This document shows, piece after piece, positions 35,589-46,096 of a DNA stretch of 64,000 bases. A program made the translations under genes and the position numbers. The notes under the pieces were generated by a model. It was not told the origin of the DNA. It ran no database searches and saw nothing but the letters and a program-made list of their open reading frames with translations. The DNA comes from Bacteroidales bacterium (GTDB taxonomy: Bacteria > Bacteroidota > Bacteroidia > Bacteroidales > F082). The stretch spans positions 3,833 through 67,832 of the forward strand of contig WGGC01000066.1 of NCBI GenBank assembly GCA_015491905.1, given 5' to 3'. Numbering within the stretch: position 1 is the stretch's first letter; each line of letters opens with the position of its first letter.

Positions 35589-36596
35589 ATGGAAAAAAGA
35601 GAAGTCGTATTAAGTGGAATCAGGCCTACGGGTCATCTACATCTTGGAAATTATTTTGGTGCGGTAAAGAATTTTGTTAAAATGCAAGACACCAATGATT
35701 GTTATTTTTTTATAGCTGATTATCATTCGCTTACAACGCATCCCCATCCTGATAATTTGCAAGGTAATGTACGACAGGTTTTAATTGAGTACCTTGCTGC
35801 AGGTCTGGATCCTGAAAAAGCTACTCTTTATTTGCAGAGTGACATACCGGAGACAGCTGAGTTATATCTTTTCCTGAATATGAATGCGTATTTAGGAGAA
35901 TTGGAGCGAGTAACAACTTTTAAGGAGAAAGCACGAAAGCAGCCCAATAATGTAAATGCCGGATTACTCACTTATCCCACGCTGATGGCTGCTGATATTA
36001 TTATTCAGAAGGCAGCTAAGGTTCCGGTAGGAAAAGATCAGGAACAAAATTTAGAAATGACCCGCACGTATGCACGGCGCTTTAATAAGATGTATAATAC
36101 CGATTTCTTTCCTGTTCCAAAGGCTTTTAACTTTGGTGAAGCTTTGGTGAAAATTCCGGGATTGGATGGTTCCGGGAAAATGGGAAAATCAGAAGGTGAA
36201 GGGAATGCGATTTTTCTAAATGACGATCCAAAGGTTATCAGGAAAAAGATTATGCGTGCAGTTACTGATAGTGGACCAACAGAAAAAAATCAGCCTAAAC
36301 CTGAACCTATTGAAAACCTTTTTACTTTGCTGAAAGTGGTTTCTAAACCTGAGGTTGTAGCATACTTTGATGAAAAATATAATGATTGCAGCATTCGTTA
36401 CGGGGACTTGAAAAAACAACTTGCAGAAGATGTTATTGCTTTTACAACCCCTTTTGCCGAAAAAATTAAAGCTTTGGATGCTTCTGATGATTATATTTTG
36501 AAAGTTATGAATATGGGAGCTGAAAAAGCCAGAGCCAATGCCCAAAAAACAATGAGAGAAGTCAGGGAGATTATTGGTTTTCGTAAAATTTATTAA
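35589..36596 (+). CDS. trpS: Tryptophan--tRNA ligase
   Basis: VLSGIRPTGHLHLGNYFG (HIGH-like), YPTLMAADI, VPVGKDQ, KMGKS. Start moved from TTG 35565 to ATG 35589. Confidence 0.96.
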   Translation: MEKREVVLSGIRPTGHLHLGNYFGAVKNFVKMQDTNDCYFFIADYHSLTTHPHPDNLQGNVRQVLIEYLAAGLDPEKATLYLQSDIPETAELYLFLNMNAYLGELERVTTFKEKARKQPNNVNAGLLTYPTLMAADIIIQKAAKVPVGKDQEQNLEMTRTYARRFNKMYNTDFFPVPKAFNFGEALVKIPGLDGSGKMGKSEGEGNAIFLNDDPKVIRKKIMRAVTDSGPTEKNQPKPEPIENLFTLLKVVSKPEVVAYFDEKYNDCSIRYGDLKKQLAEDVIAFTTPFAEKIKALDASDDYILKVMNMGAEKARANAQKTMREVREIIGFRKIY

Positions 36597-36663
36597 ATAC
36601 AAAACTATAAGTTATTTCAACGCTGGGCTTTTTTGTACCTTTGCACACTAATTTAGTGTAACA

Positions 36664-37842
36664 TTGGGAAATACAGATATAAAAACAGAATATCAACCGG
36701 AAAGGGCTGTACTGGTAGGAGTTAGTACTCCTGAGCAATCAAAAGATAAAATTGAAGAGTACTTGAATGAACTGGAGTTTCTGGTAGAAACGGCAGGAGG
36801 TATTACAATTCATAGATTTATTCAAAACCTTCCTTATTCAAACCCTCAAACTTATGTTGGCAGTGGTAAATTGGAAGAAATTGCACAATACATAAAAGCT
36901 GAAAATATTGATATAGTTGTCTTTGATGATGAACTGGGGCCATCACAACTAAGAAACCTGGAGAAAATATTAAAATGCAAAATTCTTGATCGTACTAACT
37001 TGATACTGGATATTTTTGCAAAAAGAGCTCGAACTGCCCATGCTAAAGTACAAGTTGAATTGGCCCAATATCAATATATGCTTCCACGTTTAACGCGTAT
37101 GTGGACACATCTTGAGCGGCAAAAGGGAGGTATTGGTCTTAGAGGGCCGGGGGAAACAGAAATAGAAACTGACCGCCGTATTATCCGCGATAAAATTACT
37201 TTACTAAAGAAAAAGTTAAAGGAAATAGATAAGCAGAAATTTACCCAACGAAAAAATCGTGGCCATATGGTTCGTGTGGCATTGGTGGGATATACCAATG
37301 TTGGCAAATCTACACTGATGAACCTTATAAGTAAATCGGATATTTTTGCTGAAAATAAATTGTTTGCCACACTGGATACCACAGTAAGAAAGGTTGTAAT
37401 CGATAATCTCCCGTTTTTACTTTCTGATACAGTTGGATTTATAAGAAAACTACCCCATGGTCTGGTAGAATCCTTTAAATCTACACTTGATGAAGTACGT
37501 GAATCGGATTTGCTGATTCATGTTGTAGATATTTCACACCCTGAGTTTGAAGAGCAAATGAAAACAGTACAAAATACTCTTCAGGAAATTGGTGCCGGTG
37601 AAAAACCCGTAATCACTTTATTTAATAAAATCGATAAACTTGAGGATAGTGAAGAAAGAGAAGGAGACTTACCTAATAAAATGGAAGTTTTACAAGCTAC
37701 CTGGATGAGCAAAGAACATCAACCGGCATTTTTCCTTTCGGCTATTACCAAGGAAAATTTTCCTGAGTTCAGGAAGTTACTTTATGATAATATACGCAGA
37801 ATACATGCAATAAGATATCCGTATAATAATTTTTTATATTGA
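36664..37842 (+). CDS. hflX: Ribosome-splitting GTPase HflX
   Basis: GLRGPGETEIETDRR, VGYTNVGKST, LFATLD, DTVGFI, NKID; TACCTTTG promoter at 36636-36643. Confidence 0.96.
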   Translation: MGNTDIKTEYQPERAVLVGVSTPEQSKDKIEEYLNELEFLVETAGGITIHRFIQNLPYSNPQTYVGSGKLEEIAQYIKAENIDIVVFDDELGPSQLRNLEKILKCKILDRTNLILDIFAKRARTAHAKVQVELAQYQYMLPRLTRMWTHLERQKGGIGLRGPGETEIETDRRIIRDKITLLKKKLKEIDKQKFTQRKNRGHMVRVALVGYTNVGKSTLMNLISKSDIFAENKLFATLDTTVRKVVIDNLPFLLSDTVGFIRKLPHGLVESFKSTLDEVRESDLLIHVVDISHPEFEEQMKTVQNTLQEIGAGEKPVITLFNKIDKLEDSEEREGDLPNKMEVLQATWMSKEHQPAFFLSAITKENFPEFRKLLYDNIRRIHAIRYPYNNFLY

Positions 37843-38043
37843 TATGAAATATTATTTCCGGATATAGGCTGTTTTTTTAAATAAAAAAGGATTTCTTTTG
37901 TCTTTATCGCCTTTAATTATTTGCTAATCAATAGTAAATAAAGCATGTTACTTTTATCTTTAAAAAAACAAATAATTTATATGGTTATTTAAAAAATATA
38001 TGACTATATAATTTGTACCTTTATAAACTAAAAACCAATTGGA

Positions 38044-39813
38044 ATGAAAAGACGCTGGAAAGTAAAGGAAGAAGCCGTAAAACAAGACGTTGAGCATCTG
38101 TCAGCAGCTTTAAATATTCATCCAAAATTAGCTAATTTATTAGTTCAGCGTGGAATTCGTACCTTTAAGGAGGCGAAAGCTTTTTTTAGACCTTCTCTGG
38201 AAGATTTACATGATCCTTTTTTGATGAAAGATATGGATAAAGCCGTAGCACGAATATTGACGGCCATCAAAAACAATGAAAGGATAATGATTTATGGTGA
38301 TTATGATGTAGATGGAACTACGGCTGTATCATTGGTGTATATGTTTTTAAAAAATATTCATAAGAACCTGGAATTTTATATTCCTGACAGGTATAAAGAG
38401 GGATATGGAATTTCTTTATTAGGGATTGATACAGCAAAAAAACATGATGTAAACTTGATAATAGCACTAGACTGCGGCATAAAAGCCATTGATAAAATTG
38501 AGTATGCCAATGGAAAGGGAATTGACTTTATTATTGGGGATCACCATCGTCCCGGGGATAAAATTCCTGAAGCTGTTGCCGTTCTCGATCCAAAACGAAA
38601 AGATTGCCAATACCCTTTTAAAGAGCTGTCGGGTGCAGGTGTTGGATTTAAACTTACCCAGGCATTGGCGCAGGAGTTAAATATTCCAAAAGAGAAAGTG
38701 TTTTCAGGAATAGATTTAGTTGCAGTAAGTATTGCCTCAGATATTGTTCCTATTGTTGGCGAAAACAGAATTTTAGCATATTATGGTTTAAAAAAAATTA
38801 ATAACAATCCACGTCCCGGGATTCTTGCCATATTAAATGCTGCTGGTTTTCAGGTTCAAGAACCAAAAAAAATGGCAAATACTATTTTCTCCAGAGAGAT
38901 TACTATTAACGATTTGGTTTTTGCTGTTGGGCCTCGTATTAATGCTGCTGGACGAATAAAAGATGCTACTCACTCTGTTCGGTTACTAATAAGTTATAAT
39001 GATGACTATGCACTAAAATTGGGTGATGAAATTGATGATTTGAATACAACCCGTCGTGATCTTGATAAGCAGATTACCGAAGAAGCACTCTCTATGATTG
39101 ATGAGAGTTATATGCAAAAGTCGAAAAAAACAACGGTATTATACAATCGTAACTGGCATAAGGGAGTTATTGGTATTGTAGCTTCCCGCTTAATAGAAAA
39201 ACATTATAAACCAACTATTATTTTAACATATTCAGATGGTTTGATTACCGGATCTGCTCGTTCTGTAAAAGATTTCGATATTTATGATGCTATAGATTCA
39301 TGCAGCCATTTACTCGAACATTTTGGAGGTCACATGTATGCTGCCGGACTGGCAATGAAACCGGAAAACCTGGAAGCTTTTATTGAAGCTTTTGAAAACT
39401 ATGCTGAAGAACATCTTACTGAAGAAATGATGATTCCTGAAATTGAAATTGATGAGGAAATATATTTTAGTGATATAAACTCTAAGTTTTACAGGATATT
39501 AAAACAGTTTGCTCCTTTTGGCCCGGGCAATTTAACTCCATTGTTTATGTCGCAAAACCTTATTGATACCGGGTATGCACGTTTGGTAGGGAAAAACGGG
39601 GATGCTAAACATTTGAAATTTGAACCTGTTCATAAAAATCATTCCGGAAACCCCATTAGTGCTATTGGTTTTAACCTGGGACATTTCTTTGATTCAATTC
39701 AAAAAAACGAACCGTTTAAAATTTGTTATTACATTGAAGAAAATCATTGGCAAGGTAAAACAACTTTGCAATTACGGGTAAAAGACATACTTCCCAACGA
39801 TGAAATGACTTAA
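38044..39813 (+). CDS. recJ: Single-stranded-DNA exonuclease RecJ
   Basis: YGDYDVDG, ALDCG, GDHH (DHH), SDIVP, RINAAGR, GSARS, GGHMYAAG. Confidence 0.96.
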   Translation: MKRRWKVKEEAVKQDVEHLSAALNIHPKLANLLVQRGIRTFKEAKAFFRPSLEDLHDPFLMKDMDKAVARILTAIKNNERIMIYGDYDVDGTTAVSLVYMFLKNIHKNLEFYIPDRYKEGYGISLLGIDTAKKHDVNLIIALDCGIKAIDKIEYANGKGIDFIIGDHHRPGDKIPEAVAVLDPKRKDCQYPFKELSGAGVGFKLTQALAQELNIPKEKVFSGIDLVAVSIASDIVPIVGENRILAYYGLKKINNNPRPGILAILNAAGFQVQEPKKMANTIFSREITINDLVFAVGPRINAAGRIKDATHSVRLLISYNDDYALKLGDEIDDLNTTRRDLDKQITEEALSMIDESYMQKSKKTTVLYNRNWHKGVIGIVASRLIEKHYKPTIILTYSDGLITGSARSVKDFDIYDAIDSCSHLLEHFGGHMYAAGLAMKPENLEAFIEAFENYAEEHLTEEMMIPEIEIDEEIYFSDINSKFYRILKQFAPFGPGNLTPLFMSQNLIDTGYARLVGKNGDAKHLKFEPVHKNHSGNPISAIGFNLGHFFDSIQKNEPFKICYYIEENHWQGKTTLQLRVKDILPNDEMT

Positions 39814-39854
39814 ATTTTATACTTTTGGCTTCCTATTTATAAAAAATTAAAAAA

Positions 39855-41843
39855 ATGAAAATTTTTAAAGCTATTGCTGTAATTTTTTTTACTGCTATTT
39901 TTATACCTATTGCCTCAGGTCAGAATGTTAAAAGGGAATTTTCTCTTGTTGATTTAAGAAAGATACATAATATTTCTTCTCCTGCTATTTCGCCTGACGG
40001 AAAGAAAGTGGCTATAATTGACTCCAAGCCGGTGTGGAAAACTGATAAAAACCGGCAGCAAATAGTATTATTGCAGATTGCAACACGCAAGAAACGAATA
40101 CTTTCTCAAAACCGGAGTTCTATAGGAAATCTACGTTGGTCACCAAAAGGAACGAAATTAGCATTTCTTGCCAAAGCCCCTAAAAGTAAAAAAGTTCAAA
40201 TATTTATTTTACCCATGAATGGTGGAGACGCTTTACAGGTAACACATTCTAAAACCGGAGTGGCAAGATTCGAATGGAGTCCGGATGGAAAAAATATTGC
40301 TTTTATTGTCCAGGATACTATTCCTAATCCTAAAGCAATAAAACATCATGAAGATGCTTTTAAGGTTACAGATAATAATTACCTTACCCGTGCACAAGTA
40401 CAACCATGGCATTTATGGCTGGTGAAGTCCAACGGAAAAGATGCAAAACAACTTACACATGGAAAATGGAGCCTTGGCACTGACCAGGGTAGCCTTTCAG
40501 CTATCTCGTGGTCTTCTGACGGACAGCACATTGTTTTCACAAAATTTCCTGATGTATGGGAAGGAAACGCCTGGCATTCCGTGTTGGGAGAAGTTAATTT
40601 GAAAACAGGAAAAACAACTGTAATTGTTGATAAACAAGGTGCTACCAATGCCCATTTTGCTCCCGGAAAAAATATTATCGCTTTTAGCAGGCCAAAAAAT
40701 GGTGATCAAAACAATGGTAATGCTGTTTATATTATGAAGGATAATAAAATTATTGATGTTACTGCTGATTTAAACAGGAATATTAATAATTATATCTGGT
40801 CTTCCGATGCTGCCGGACTTATATTATCTGGTGATAAAGGTACATCTTCAGTAATTTGGTATCAGCCACTTAACGGAAAAGCAAAAGAACTTCCCACAGG
40901 AAATGTAGAAGTAAATGCCTACAGCATAAAAACTTCAGGTAAGGGAGTACTTATATTTACAGGTAGTACGTCTATACATCCTAACGAATTATATTTAAAA
41001 AGAAGCTATGCTTCAATTCCCTCATCATTAACTGATTACAATGCCTTTGCTGACTCTTTGCAATTGGGAAAATCTGTTACTGTAAATTGGAATGGCCCGG
41101 ATGGTTTTAAAGAAGATGGAGTTTTGACTTACCCGCCTGATTTTGAAAAAGGTAAAAAATATCCTTTAGTATTGGTTATTCATGGAGGTCCGGAAAGTGC
41201 ATCTATTTTAAGGTTTTCGTCTCTGGTACAGCTTCTGGCAGCAAAAGGTTTTTTAGTATTTCAACCCAATTATCGAGGAAGTACCAATTTGGGAAACAAA
41301 TTTCAACATGCTATTTTCAGAGATACCGGTAAAGGACCGGGAGAAGATGTTATGGCCGGGTTAAAAAAAGTGGAATCTATGGGTATTGTTGATAAATCAC
41401 GTATTGGTGTGAGTGGCTGGTCATATGGCGGCTACATGACCTCATGGCTTATTGGAAAATATCCTGATGTATGGAAAGCTGCAGTTTCGGGTGCAGCGTT
41501 AAACGACTGGGTAATGGATTACACTATTGCTTATTATCAAAAAGGAGATTTATATTTTTTTGGAGGCTCGCCATGGGTGAAAAAATATTGGAAAATATGG
41601 AGAAAACAGTCGCCAATTGAATATGCGGATAGAGCGAAAGCCCCTACACTTATTATGGGTGATGCGGGAGATCCAAATGTTCCTATAGTTAATAGTTATC
41701 AAATGTATCATGCTTTACGCGATAATGGTGTAAAAGTAGATTTTTATGTGTATCCTGTTAACACACATTTCCCTCATGACATTGTTCGCACTACTGATGT
41801 ATATCGTCGTTGGGTGGATTGGATGGTAAAATATTTAAAATAA
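39855..41843 (+). CDS. S9-family peptidase (acylaminoacyl/dipeptidyl-peptidase-5-like)
   Basis: WD40/TolB-like propeller (ISPDG, WSPKG, WSPDG); IHGGPES; GWSYGG; D..VP. Confidence 0.9.
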   Translation: MKIFKAIAVIFFTAIFIPIASGQNVKREFSLVDLRKIHNISSPAISPDGKKVAIIDSKPVWKTDKNRQQIVLLQIATRKKRILSQNRSSIGNLRWSPKGTKLAFLAKAPKSKKVQIFILPMNGGDALQVTHSKTGVARFEWSPDGKNIAFIVQDTIPNPKAIKHHEDAFKVTDNNYLTRAQVQPWHLWLVKSNGKDAKQLTHGKWSLGTDQGSLSAISWSSDGQHIVFTKFPDVWEGNAWHSVLGEVNLKTGKTTVIVDKQGATNAHFAPGKNIIAFSRPKNGDQNNGNAVYIMKDNKIIDVTADLNRNINNYIWSSDAAGLILSGDKGTSSVIWYQPLNGKAKELPTGNVEVNAYSIKTSGKGVLIFTGSTSIHPNELYLKRSYASIPSSLTDYNAFADSLQLGKSVTVNWNGPDGFKEDGVLTYPPDFEKGKKYPLVLVIHGGPESASILRFSSLVQLLAAKGFLVFQPNYRGSTNLGNKFQHAIFRDTGKGPGEDVMAGLKKVESMGIVDKSRIGVSGWSYGGYMTSWLIGKYPDVWKAAVSGAALNDWVMDYTIAYYQKGDLYFFGGSPWVKKYWKIWRKQSPIEYADRAKAPTLIMGDAGDPNVPIVNSYQMYHALRDNGVKVDFYVYPVNTHFPHDIVRTTDVYRRWVDWMVKYLK

Positions 41844-41856
41844 TTAGTTGTCACAT

Positions 41857-41897
41857 AAAAAAAGGCAGATTTCAAGATAGAAGTCTGCCTTTTTTTT
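41857..41897. terminator. Bidirectional intrinsic terminator
   Basis: A-run, AAGGCAGA...TCTGCCTT, T-run between convergent genes. Confidence 0.75.
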
Positions 41898-41914
41898 ATT
41901 GAAAAATTCCCGGT

Positions 41915-42463
41915 TTACTCAAGGTGTGCAAAAAAATTTTTCATTTTCAATGCCAGAATAATTAAAATAACACCTATTATTAACGAAATAATACCGGCAA
42001 TAACAACCAGGGCTTCTGCGGCTTTAAAAGGATTGGTAAATAATAATATACCAAAAATCAAACTAATTACAGAACTAATTATCAGAGTATTTTTGCTTTT
42101 TAATTCAGAAGTAACTTTAAAAGCAAAAATCAATTGTAGTATTGCTAAAAATATAGCCCAGCTGCCCACAATTATGACAAAAACTTCCAAAGAATCTTTA
42201 CTGTAGAAGGTGAGAAAGAAACCTATTACCAGCAATATAATTGTTTCTATTAGATCTGTAGCATAGGATAATTGATTTTTTATATTTAATATTACTCCGA
42301 CAAGCATTGCCAGTCCGAGGATCAGAACCACAATTCCCAGATATGTTACTACTGTTAGTAATGTTGCACCGGGAACAAAGATAACCAGTGCTCCAAATAA
42401 AACTGCAATAAGGCCATTGACAGCCAGTACTCCCCATTTATTAAAATGATTTATATTTTCCAT
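41915..42463 (-). CDS. HdeD/DUF308-family membrane protein
   Basis: WGVLAVNGLIAVLFGALVIFVP...; six hydrophobic helices; GILLFTNPF. Confidence 0.8.
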   Translation of the reverse strand: MENINHFNKWGVLAVNGLIAVLFGALVIFVPGATLLTVVTYLGIVVLILGLAMLVGVILNIKNQLSYATDLIETIILLVIGFFLTFYSKDSLEVFVIIVGSWAIFLAILQLIFAFKVTSELKSKNTLIISSVISLIFGILLFTNPFKAAEALVVIAGIISLIIGVILIILALKMKNFFAHLE

Positions 42464-42604
42464 GATTATTTTTTTATAAAATTAAGCAAATTTCAACTAT
42501 TAAATAAAACTTTTTTAATGTAATACTGACTATATGGGTTTTAATAATTTTTTAAATGCGATACATTTTTTATTATTTGCTATAGATTAAATTGTAACCG
42601 TGTT

Positions 42605-42747
42605 GCGGTAGGGATTGAAACGGCAGCTGCCTGTAATGAAAAGCAGATGGGGTGTTTTCCGGAGGGTGCGACGAGGGGAGCGCCCCGAAGGAATTTACAC
42701 CCCACGCTTTTTGTTACTGGCACTATAGTGGAAAGCCCGGCTACCGC
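42605..42747 (+). ncRNA. GC-rich nested-hairpin element, Flavo-1-like structured repeat/RNA
   Basis: Closed by GCGGTAG/CTACCGC; 5' GGATTGAAACGG and 3' AGTGGAAAGCCCG blocks; inner stems TGCC/GGCA, AAAAGC/GCTTTT, GGGGTGT/ACACCCC. Family name is from recall; strand uncertain. Confidence 0.55.
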
Positions 42748-42941
42748 CCAAAGTGTTATAATAAACTTGTTATTTTATAGTGTTTATATGAAGGGTATTT
42801 TTCACAATTTTAATTGATTCTAAAATGCAATATCTGTGTTGAAGTGAAAAAATAAGTTTTAATTTTACCAGCAAAATTATAAATCTGGAAAGATGAAGCG
42901 ATAATTTATGTTTTATTTATCCGATTTTAAACTTAAAAATC

Positions 42942-43466
42942 ATGAAAAAAGTTGTGTTATTATACTGGGGAAAGGGTGGAAATGTTGAAAAAGCAGCTAA
43001 CACCATTTACCAACAGTTTGATCCTGAGATTATTGACATTTTCCCGCTCGATAACTTCAATGTTGAAAATCTGGATCAGTATAAATTAGTTATTTTAGGT
43101 GGCTCAACAGTAGGTGCTGAAAACTGGCAAGATGCTACAAATGATAATATGTGGAATAATTTTTTAAGAAAGATTGAAAATAAAGACCTTAGTAAGCTTA
43201 CTTTTGCAGCATTCGGATTGGGAAATCAAGTTCTTTATCCAAATCATTTTGTTGATGGTCTGGGCTTTTTTAATGAAGAGATTTCCAAAACAAATGCTAA
43301 AGTTATTGGTAAATGGCCTACAGAGGGATATAGTTTTACTGATTCGGAGGGGGAAGAAAACGGTATGTTTTACGGACTTGCTCTTGATGAGGATACTGAA
43401 CCCGAACTAACTGCTGAACGGGCAAAAAAATGGACTGATGAATTAAAAAAAGAAATGGGATTTTAA
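42942..43466 (+). CDS. fldA: Long-chain flavodoxin
   Basis: VILGGSTVG, AAFGLGNQVLYPNHFVDGLG, FYGLALDED. Confidence 0.88.
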   Translation: MKKVVLLYWGKGGNVEKAANTIYQQFDPEIIDIFPLDNFNVENLDQYKLVILGGSTVGAENWQDATNDNMWNNFLRKIENKDLSKLTFAAFGLGNQVLYPNHFVDGLGFFNEEISKTNAKVIGKWPTEGYSFTDSEGEENGMFYGLALDEDTEPELTAERAKKWTDELKKEMGF

Positions 43467-43487
43467 AAGAAAATACTTAATAAACTG

Positions 43488-43520
43488 AAAGTCCGTCTAT
43501 TTTTTATGGCGGACTTTTTT
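43488..43520. terminator. Bidirectional terminator between fldA and mltF
   Basis: AAAGTCCGTC...GGCGGACTTT followed by a T run. Confidence 0.65.
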
Positions 43521-44969
43521 ATTTTTATCAGGTTTTATTAATTTTTTATAGTTGTTATATCTTTTCATAATGTCCTTAACGAATTTATAAGTTTCCCATC
43601 CGCGCATGTATCCGTTTTTCACTACCGGGTCGTGATAGAAGTGTTTTTCTGATAAATGCAGAACATAATAATCTACGTTATTATTCCAAATGTCAGGGTT
43701 TTTACCATATTTTTTTGCTAAGGCTCTTGCATCCATTATATGCGATATTCCTCCATTGTATGCAGCCAAAGTAAATTTAATTCTGTTAATTCCTGTAATA
43801 CTGTCGGGGAGTTTTTTTTCTATAGATTTCAACAGTTTTACACCGGCGAGTATTTGTTCTTTTGGTGAAGAATTAACAGTAATATTATAATTTTTCATAG
43901 CTTCGGGCATAAGTTGCATTAAACCATAAGCTCCAACCCAGGAACGTTGATTTTTTTTAAATCCTGATTCCTGATAAATTATTGCTGCAAGCAAACGCCA
44001 ATCCCACCCTAACTTTTGTGCTGCAAGTTTTATTTCACTATCATATGGAGATAAATGACCACCTTTAAACGACCAGTATTTTGCTATGGAAATACTTTTT
44101 GTAGCCATATTTTTGAAATATTTGTTATAAAGCAATCGGGATTGAAGAGTGCGGTTAAATTTGGAAAGCCACCTGTTAATTGTGTCGAGTAGGGGTTTTT
44201 GGTCTTTTCTTACTGCCCATGCTATTTTCTGGTCGAAACTTAAGGGTGTGTTTACGTCAAGGTTAGGGTAAATTTTTGCTGCAACCCTTGCTACAATTTC
44301 ATCAGCTACTGTATAATTAATTTTTCCGTTTGCCACAGCTTTAATTAAACTTTCTGTGTCGAGAGTATCCTGAATAATATGGATGGTATCGGCAATTTGA
44401 TTTTGCATATCCAGCAGATGGGAGTAGAAAATTGTACCTTTTTGAACATAAACCGTTTTACCGGCTAGCTCCATTGGGTTTCTTATAAGATATTTATTTA
44501 TCTCATCAGCGGTTTTCATTTTTTTGTACCCTTTGGGTTTTCTTTGTACCAGTACTTGCCGGGTGTAAAATAAGGGATGGGTAAAAGCTAAATTTTTCAT
44601 TCGTTGGGAGGTAACTGTCAGTCCCATGGCAAGTAAATCCACTTTTCCCTGTTGTAGTAAAGAAATTGCAGTATCCAGATTTTCCTGAATTCTTAAATCT
44701 ACTGATACCCCTAACCATTTAGCAAAATGTTGTAATAAATTATATTGGTAGCCCATAGTCTGGCCTTTATAAATAAAAAAATTGCTTGCTCCATAATCTG
44801 TTAAGGCGATGATTTTTTTTTGTTTCAGTATGGTATCTAGTAAATTTACTTTTTGATTTTTTTGGTTTGTATGTTTGGGTAAAGGGCTTAAGCAACCTGA
44901 AAAAAACATCCATACAAAGAAAAATATGAAAACAAATAAACTAAATATTTTTAGTTGGTTACGTTTCAT
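43497..44969 (-). CDS. mltF: Membrane-bound lytic murein transglycosylase F (substrate-binding + SLT domains)
   Basis: SBP_bac_3 (MGYQYNLL, IAWAVRK); LAAIIYQESGF, GLMQLMP, AAYNGG. Confidence 0.88.
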   Translation of the reverse strand: MKRNQLKIFSLFVFIFFFVWMFFSGCLSPLPKHTNQKNQKVNLLDTILKQKKIIALTDYGASNFFIYKGQTMGYQYNLLQHFAKWLGVSVDLRIQENLDTAISLLQQGKVDLLAMGLTVTSQRMKNLAFTHPLFYTRQVLVQRKPKGYKKMKTADEINKYLIRNPMELAGKTVYVQKGTIFYSHLLDMQNQIADTIHIIQDTLDTESLIKAVANGKINYTVADEIVARVAAKIYPNLDVNTPLSFDQKIAWAVRKDQKPLLDTINRWLSKFNRTLQSRLLYNKYFKNMATKSISIAKYWSFKGGHLSPYDSEIKLAAQKLGWDWRLLAAIIYQESGFKKNQRSWVGAYGLMQLMPEAMKNYNITVNSSPKEQILAGVKLLKSIEKKLPDSITGINRIKFTLAAYNGGISHIMDARALAKKYGKNPDIWNNNVDYYVLHLSEKHFYHDPVVKNGYMRGWETYKFVKDIMKRYNNYKKLIKPDKNKKVRHKK

Positions 44970-45200
44970 GGTGCCTAAAATACAAAAAATCAGAAAAAAA
45001 CAATCATCATATTGATATATGATTAAATAGTTTAAATAAATAGGTGTTATTTTGTTGTGGTTAACAAAAAAGTTCTTTCTTTTGCCGCAAATTTATATAG
45101 TATTTAAAAAGCTCTTTATAATAAATTAAAATATTATTAACCAGTGATTTAAAATATTGTTATTTTTGATTATTATCCTATATATTTAAAATATTATCCC

Positions 45201-46094
45201 ATGGCATTTATAAATAAAGAAAAAGTATTCAGTCGTCGATGGTTTATCGACTACAGTCTTATTATTATTGGCTCTTTTATTTTGGCAGCTGGTTTTGTCC
45301 TTTTTATTACCCCCTATAAAATTGTTCCCGGGGGTGTTTATGGTATTTCCATTGTATTACATTATATATTCGGAACGCCTGTTGGTATGGTAGCTTTGGC
45401 TTTTGACATACCCTTAACGATTATTGGAATTAAAGTACTTGGTCCGCGTTTTGGAGTAAAAACAGTTGTAGGGTTTACCCTTACGGCGTTTTTCAATGAT
45501 GGTTTAACGTATTTATATGGATATGAACCTCTTGTAAAGGGTGATGCTTTGTTGTCTTCAATTTTTGGAGGTTTATTTTTAGGAGTAGGCCTTGGATTGA
45601 TTTTTAAGTCAAAAGCTACATCCGGAGGTACAGATATAATTTCTATGATTATTAGTAAGTACACTCATATTCCTGTGGGTCAGTTAATGATTTTAGTTGA
45701 TTCAACTATAGTATTGCTTGGACTAATTGTATTTAAGGACTGGAAAATACCTCTTTACTCACTTATTGTAATTTTTATTACCGGAAAAGTTGTAGATACT
45801 ATTTTGGAAGGAATGAATTATGATAAAGTACTATTTATTATATCTGATAAATATAAAGAAATAGGAGATAAGATTATGAATGACCTTAACCGTGGTGGAA
45901 CGATTTTTAAAGGAACCGGAATGTATAATAAAGCTGAGCGGCAAGTTATTTTTTCTGTTGTTAATCGCAGGGAAGTAACAATACTACAATCGTTTATTCA
46001 TCAGGTTGACCCAAATGCTTTTGTTACAGTATTAAATTCAAATGAAATACTTGGAGAAGGGTTTAAATCATTAGGAGAAAAAGTGACTAAATAA
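45201..46094 (+). CDS. YitT-family membrane protein (DUF161/DUF2179)
   Basis: IVPGGVYGISI, ATSGGTDII, RGGTIFKGTGMY, DPNAFV. Confidence 0.9.
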   Translation: MAFINKEKVFSRRWFIDYSLIIIGSFILAAGFVLFITPYKIVPGGVYGISIVLHYIFGTPVGMVALAFDIPLTIIGIKVLGPRFGVKTVVGFTLTAFFNDGLTYLYGYEPLVKGDALLSSIFGGLFLGVGLGLIFKSKATSGGTDIISMIISKYTHIPVGQLMILVDSTIVLLGLIVFKDWKIPLYSLIVIFITGKVVDTILEGMNYDKVLFIISDKYKEIGDKIMNDLNRGGTIFKGTGMYNKAERQVIFSVVNRREVTILQSFIHQVDPNAFVTVLNSNEILGEGFKSLGEKVTK

Positions 46095-46096
46095 AA

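Noticed and set aside
42605-42747. Cobalamin or other riboswitch upstream of flavodoxin
   Set aside because: No B12-box (GCCACTG / CCCGCAACTGT) or FMN/TPP/SAM signature seen; terminal blocks fit a Flavo-1-like repeat better.
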